Shown here: positions 38,328-41,265 of the stretch, piece by piece
How the letters are laid out: every line of letters begins with the position of its first letter
How positions within the stretch are numbered: position 1 is the first letter of the stretch
Origin: Balamuthia mandrillaris
Lineage: Eukaryota
Direction: 5' to 3'
Assembly: GCA_031835245.2 (NCBI GenBank)
Contig: JAVKOQ020000062.1
Span: 186,001 to 227,265 of the forward strand
DNA length: 41,265 nt
Notes under the pieces: generated by a model
Told to the model about the DNA's origin: nothing
The model's input: the letters and a program-made list of their open reading frames with translations, nothing else
Databases searched by the model: none
Program-made: the position numbers and the translations under genes

Positions 38328-40322
38328 TTAACACAGAACATTCAAATTCGATCGAAGAAACAAATGACAAAGTGAAAGAACTTTAGAATTCTTAGACAAA
38401 GTGTCACCTTTATACGGAGAAAAAACACCATGATTTAACGGCAAATTAGGCAAACGAGAAATTTTAGGCCGCAACCCTAAATATTGGTAATCAACGGCAT
38501 AAAGAGGGAATTCATACCATAGCGAACGAACAAGCGAGCTAAAAGAAGATCACACAGAACATCCCCCCGCAACGCTCAACATAGCCCGAAAAATTTTTCA
38601 CGAAGATCGAGCGTGGCGGAACTTATCTAAATGAAAAATACAATTAGCTCTTTGGACCACACCACAAATATTTACAAATAAAGCATTTGTCTCAACAAAA
38701 GTCGTGGACGGAAGCAACACATCAGCTGTTAACTCTAAGTGACGATCACCGTGATGACCATGATAAACGGATATAGCCAAAGGAGACTTAGTTTCAACAG
38801 GTTGGCAATTTAAATAGTATTGTAAACTAAATATGTTTTCGCCTAACCTCATAGAAGGCATTGTTACATTCAAGAATTGATTATGCAATACAGAGACAGA
38901 AGAAGCATATGTATTTCGCCCTTCCCAAACAGAAAATTGATACAAATTTGAATTCAAAAAGGTTGACACGAATAATGAAGCAGAAAGCATGAGCGGAAAT
39001 TCAAACAATTGAAACAGGGAGGAAACTCAATACTTACCCCTAACCACTTTGAATCGAGTATAAGCCTCATTACCTGCATGCTTATAAAAATAATTGTTAA
39101 ACGGTGTTGAACCAGAATATACAGCTAGTGTGTTATTTTTCAAATAAGAATTGCGAAATAAAATATTTAAAACAGGAGATTGATAACGTATATTTAAGTT
39201 ATCAAAATATAACAAATCAGCGAACTCAATATTAGCAAATAAACTACTCGGTCAAAAGGAAAGGCAAGCATCATAACACTGCGATAACTGGTTAGATGAA
39301 AAAAACTGAAGAAAATTTCGAACAGAAAAACAAACTTCAAGACTTTCCGAAGGGCCGGAGAAAGCGCTGAAAAAGAAAAATGATTTTTTAGTAAACACCA
39401 GTTGGTCACGAAAAGAAGCCAACATTTTTTTCAACACACCAAACGTATTACGTCAACTAAGTGGGACAAAAAAACCCGAAACTTTAACAAAAGGTGACGC
39501 AATTCGCTGACGATAAAGACCATCATAAAAAAAACGAATTTTATCTGAAATCCAATCCAAATTGAGCACGCTATTTGTGCGCGGTAGTATACGAGCAATA
39601 GATGTTCCACGAACATCTACACGAATAGCAGAACATAAAGAATCTAAAGGATCTACCGTAAAAACACTACGTAATTCTCAAGGACGTGCAGTAAAAGCAT
39701 AGGGTTTTGAAGTTGATGCCCCGACAGGACAGAGGTCTATAACATTACCAGAAATTTCCGAAGCAAACAATTTTTGAATATAGAAACCGACTTGCATACT
39801 AGCGCCGCGGCCAGTAAGCCCTAATGCTGAGATCCCAGCTACTTCGGTCGCAAAACGCACACAACGTGTACAATGGATACAACGATTCATAATCGTCTTT
39901 ATCAAGGGTCCGCAATTTTTATTTTCAACGGAACGCTTAAAATCATAAAAACGGCCACGATCACCACCAAAAATCATAGATTGGTCTTGCAAATCACATT
40001 CACCACCCTGATCACAAATAGGACAATCCAACGGATGATTCGCTAATAGAAATTCTAAAACGCCTTCACGTGATTTTCGAACGCGCAGACTATTAGTATA
40101 AATCAACATATTGTCAGCCAGCGGCATCGCACACGAAGCCACGAGCTTTGGGCTTTCTTCTTCCTCTATTGAACACATCCGACAATTCCCAGCAATTGAT
40201 AATTTCGAATAATAACAAAAACGTGGTATTATAACCCCTTTCATGGAACAAACCTGAATTAAATTGAAAAGTGCCCAAGAGTCACTTACCTGATATTCGT
40301 AATCATTTAAACTAAACCGCAT
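38328..40322 (-). CDS. nad11: NADH dehydrogenase subunit 11 (75-kDa Fe-S subunit), 664 aa when TGA=Trp
   Basis: [49 protein letters not shown]; single frame through six TGA codons (39678, 39453, 39252, 39027, 38598, 38550) to TAA at 38328. Confidence 0.95.
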
Positions 40323-41265
40323 TAATATCTAAAAAATGAAAATGTCAACGAAGCTCATTCTAACTTATGCAATACAATATTTGGACAAATACCAAGCACA
40401 ACCGTTAGAATAACACACGGAGCTAAAACCCAAAATTCACGCTCAGATAAATCAGAAAAACGCAAAAGTGCGTGCGTATTGACAGATCCAAAAAATAGTC
40501 GATTATACAATCAAACAGAATATATAACCGAAAAGACTATACTTATTAAAACAAAAAACGTACAGAACATATTTTGAAAAATAAAACCGCCCAACACCAA
40601 CACTTCACCAACAAAATTACTCGTCCCGGGAAAACTAAAATTCGAAAGAATTAGTATAAAAAAACATACCGCAAATATAGGCATAAAGTATGCAATACCA
40701 CCAAAATAACGAAGTAATCGTGTATGGTATCTGTCATATAAAACACCAACACAGAAAAACAAACCGCTTGACACAATTCCATGACTCAACATTAGAAAAA
40801 TGCTTCCTAAAATACCCACAGTGCTATAATTAAATATTCCTAACACAACAAAATTCATATGAGATACCGAAGCATAAGCTATAATTTTCTTCAAATCAAT
40901 TTGGCGAATAGCTGTTAAAGACGTATACAACACTGCTAAAGTCGAAATTGCGAAAACAAATGGAGTAAAAAAATAATTTCCTATGGGTAAGAGCGGTACA
41001 ACAAAACGCAAAAATCCATAGCCCCCCATTTTCAACAACACACCAGCCAAAATGACCGAACCTATAGTAGGTGCTTCTACATGAGCCTCGGGCAACCATA
41101 TGTGAAAGGGAAACATAGGTGTTTTAATAGAAAAGGCCATGAAAAAACAAACCCATACTAACAACTGACGCTCTGGGCTTAAGGAACACATATTCAACAA
41201 CAGAACATTTGTAGTACCTGTATGTGCATAAATTAACGAAACAGCTGCCAGCATAAAGAACGACC
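40322..41265 (-). CDS. nad4: NADH dehydrogenase subunit 4, 5'-partial; TAA overlaps nad11 ATG (TAATG)
   Basis: [48 protein letters not shown] read-through to TAA at 40322-40324. Confidence 0.95.

Larger units (their letters stand above)
37445..41265 (-). other. Mitochondrial DNA block (NUMT or chimeric assembly join)
   Basis: Abrupt switch to AT-rich, intronless, tightly packed nad genes using TGA as Trp; microsatellites disappear. Confidence 0.9.

Noticed and set aside
38598..39616. Split or pseudogenised nad11 (several short ORFs)
   Set aside because: The real pieces are all in one frame, separated only by TGA (Trp)

Overview
Gene-dense, intron-rich eukaryotic nuclear DNA (1 to ~37,445) joined abruptly to an AT-rich mitochondrial block (~37,445-41,265). 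Short GT-AG introns filled with sense-strand CT/TTC microsatellites, Dictyostelium-like proteins, and a mitochondrial nad11 read with UGA=Trp suggest an amoebozoan of the Acanthamoeba/Balamuthia group (inference). Nuclear genes: fucose-1-phosphate guanylyltransferase, GATA factor, tail-anchored coiled-coil protein, acid lipase, nucleoside kinase, small coiled-coil protein, decayed kinase pseudogene with a perfect 37-bp hairpin, secreted Cys-rich protein, glutamate dehydrogenase, SET protein, NEF1 homologue, single-pass membrane protein, N-acylated DUF294-nucleotidyltransferase/TPR protein, DsbA/FrnE oxidoreductase, and an EGF-repeat receptor with a frameshift. Mitochondrial block: nad4 (partial), nad11, nad2 (truncated). 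Best leads: two candidate C-to-U editing sites in nad11, the membrane-anchored nucleotidyltransferase-TPR protein, an unassigned ~260-nt structured ncRNA, the perfect hairpin, and three tandem tRNA 3'-half units. Family assignments come from motifs I recognise; no searches were run.
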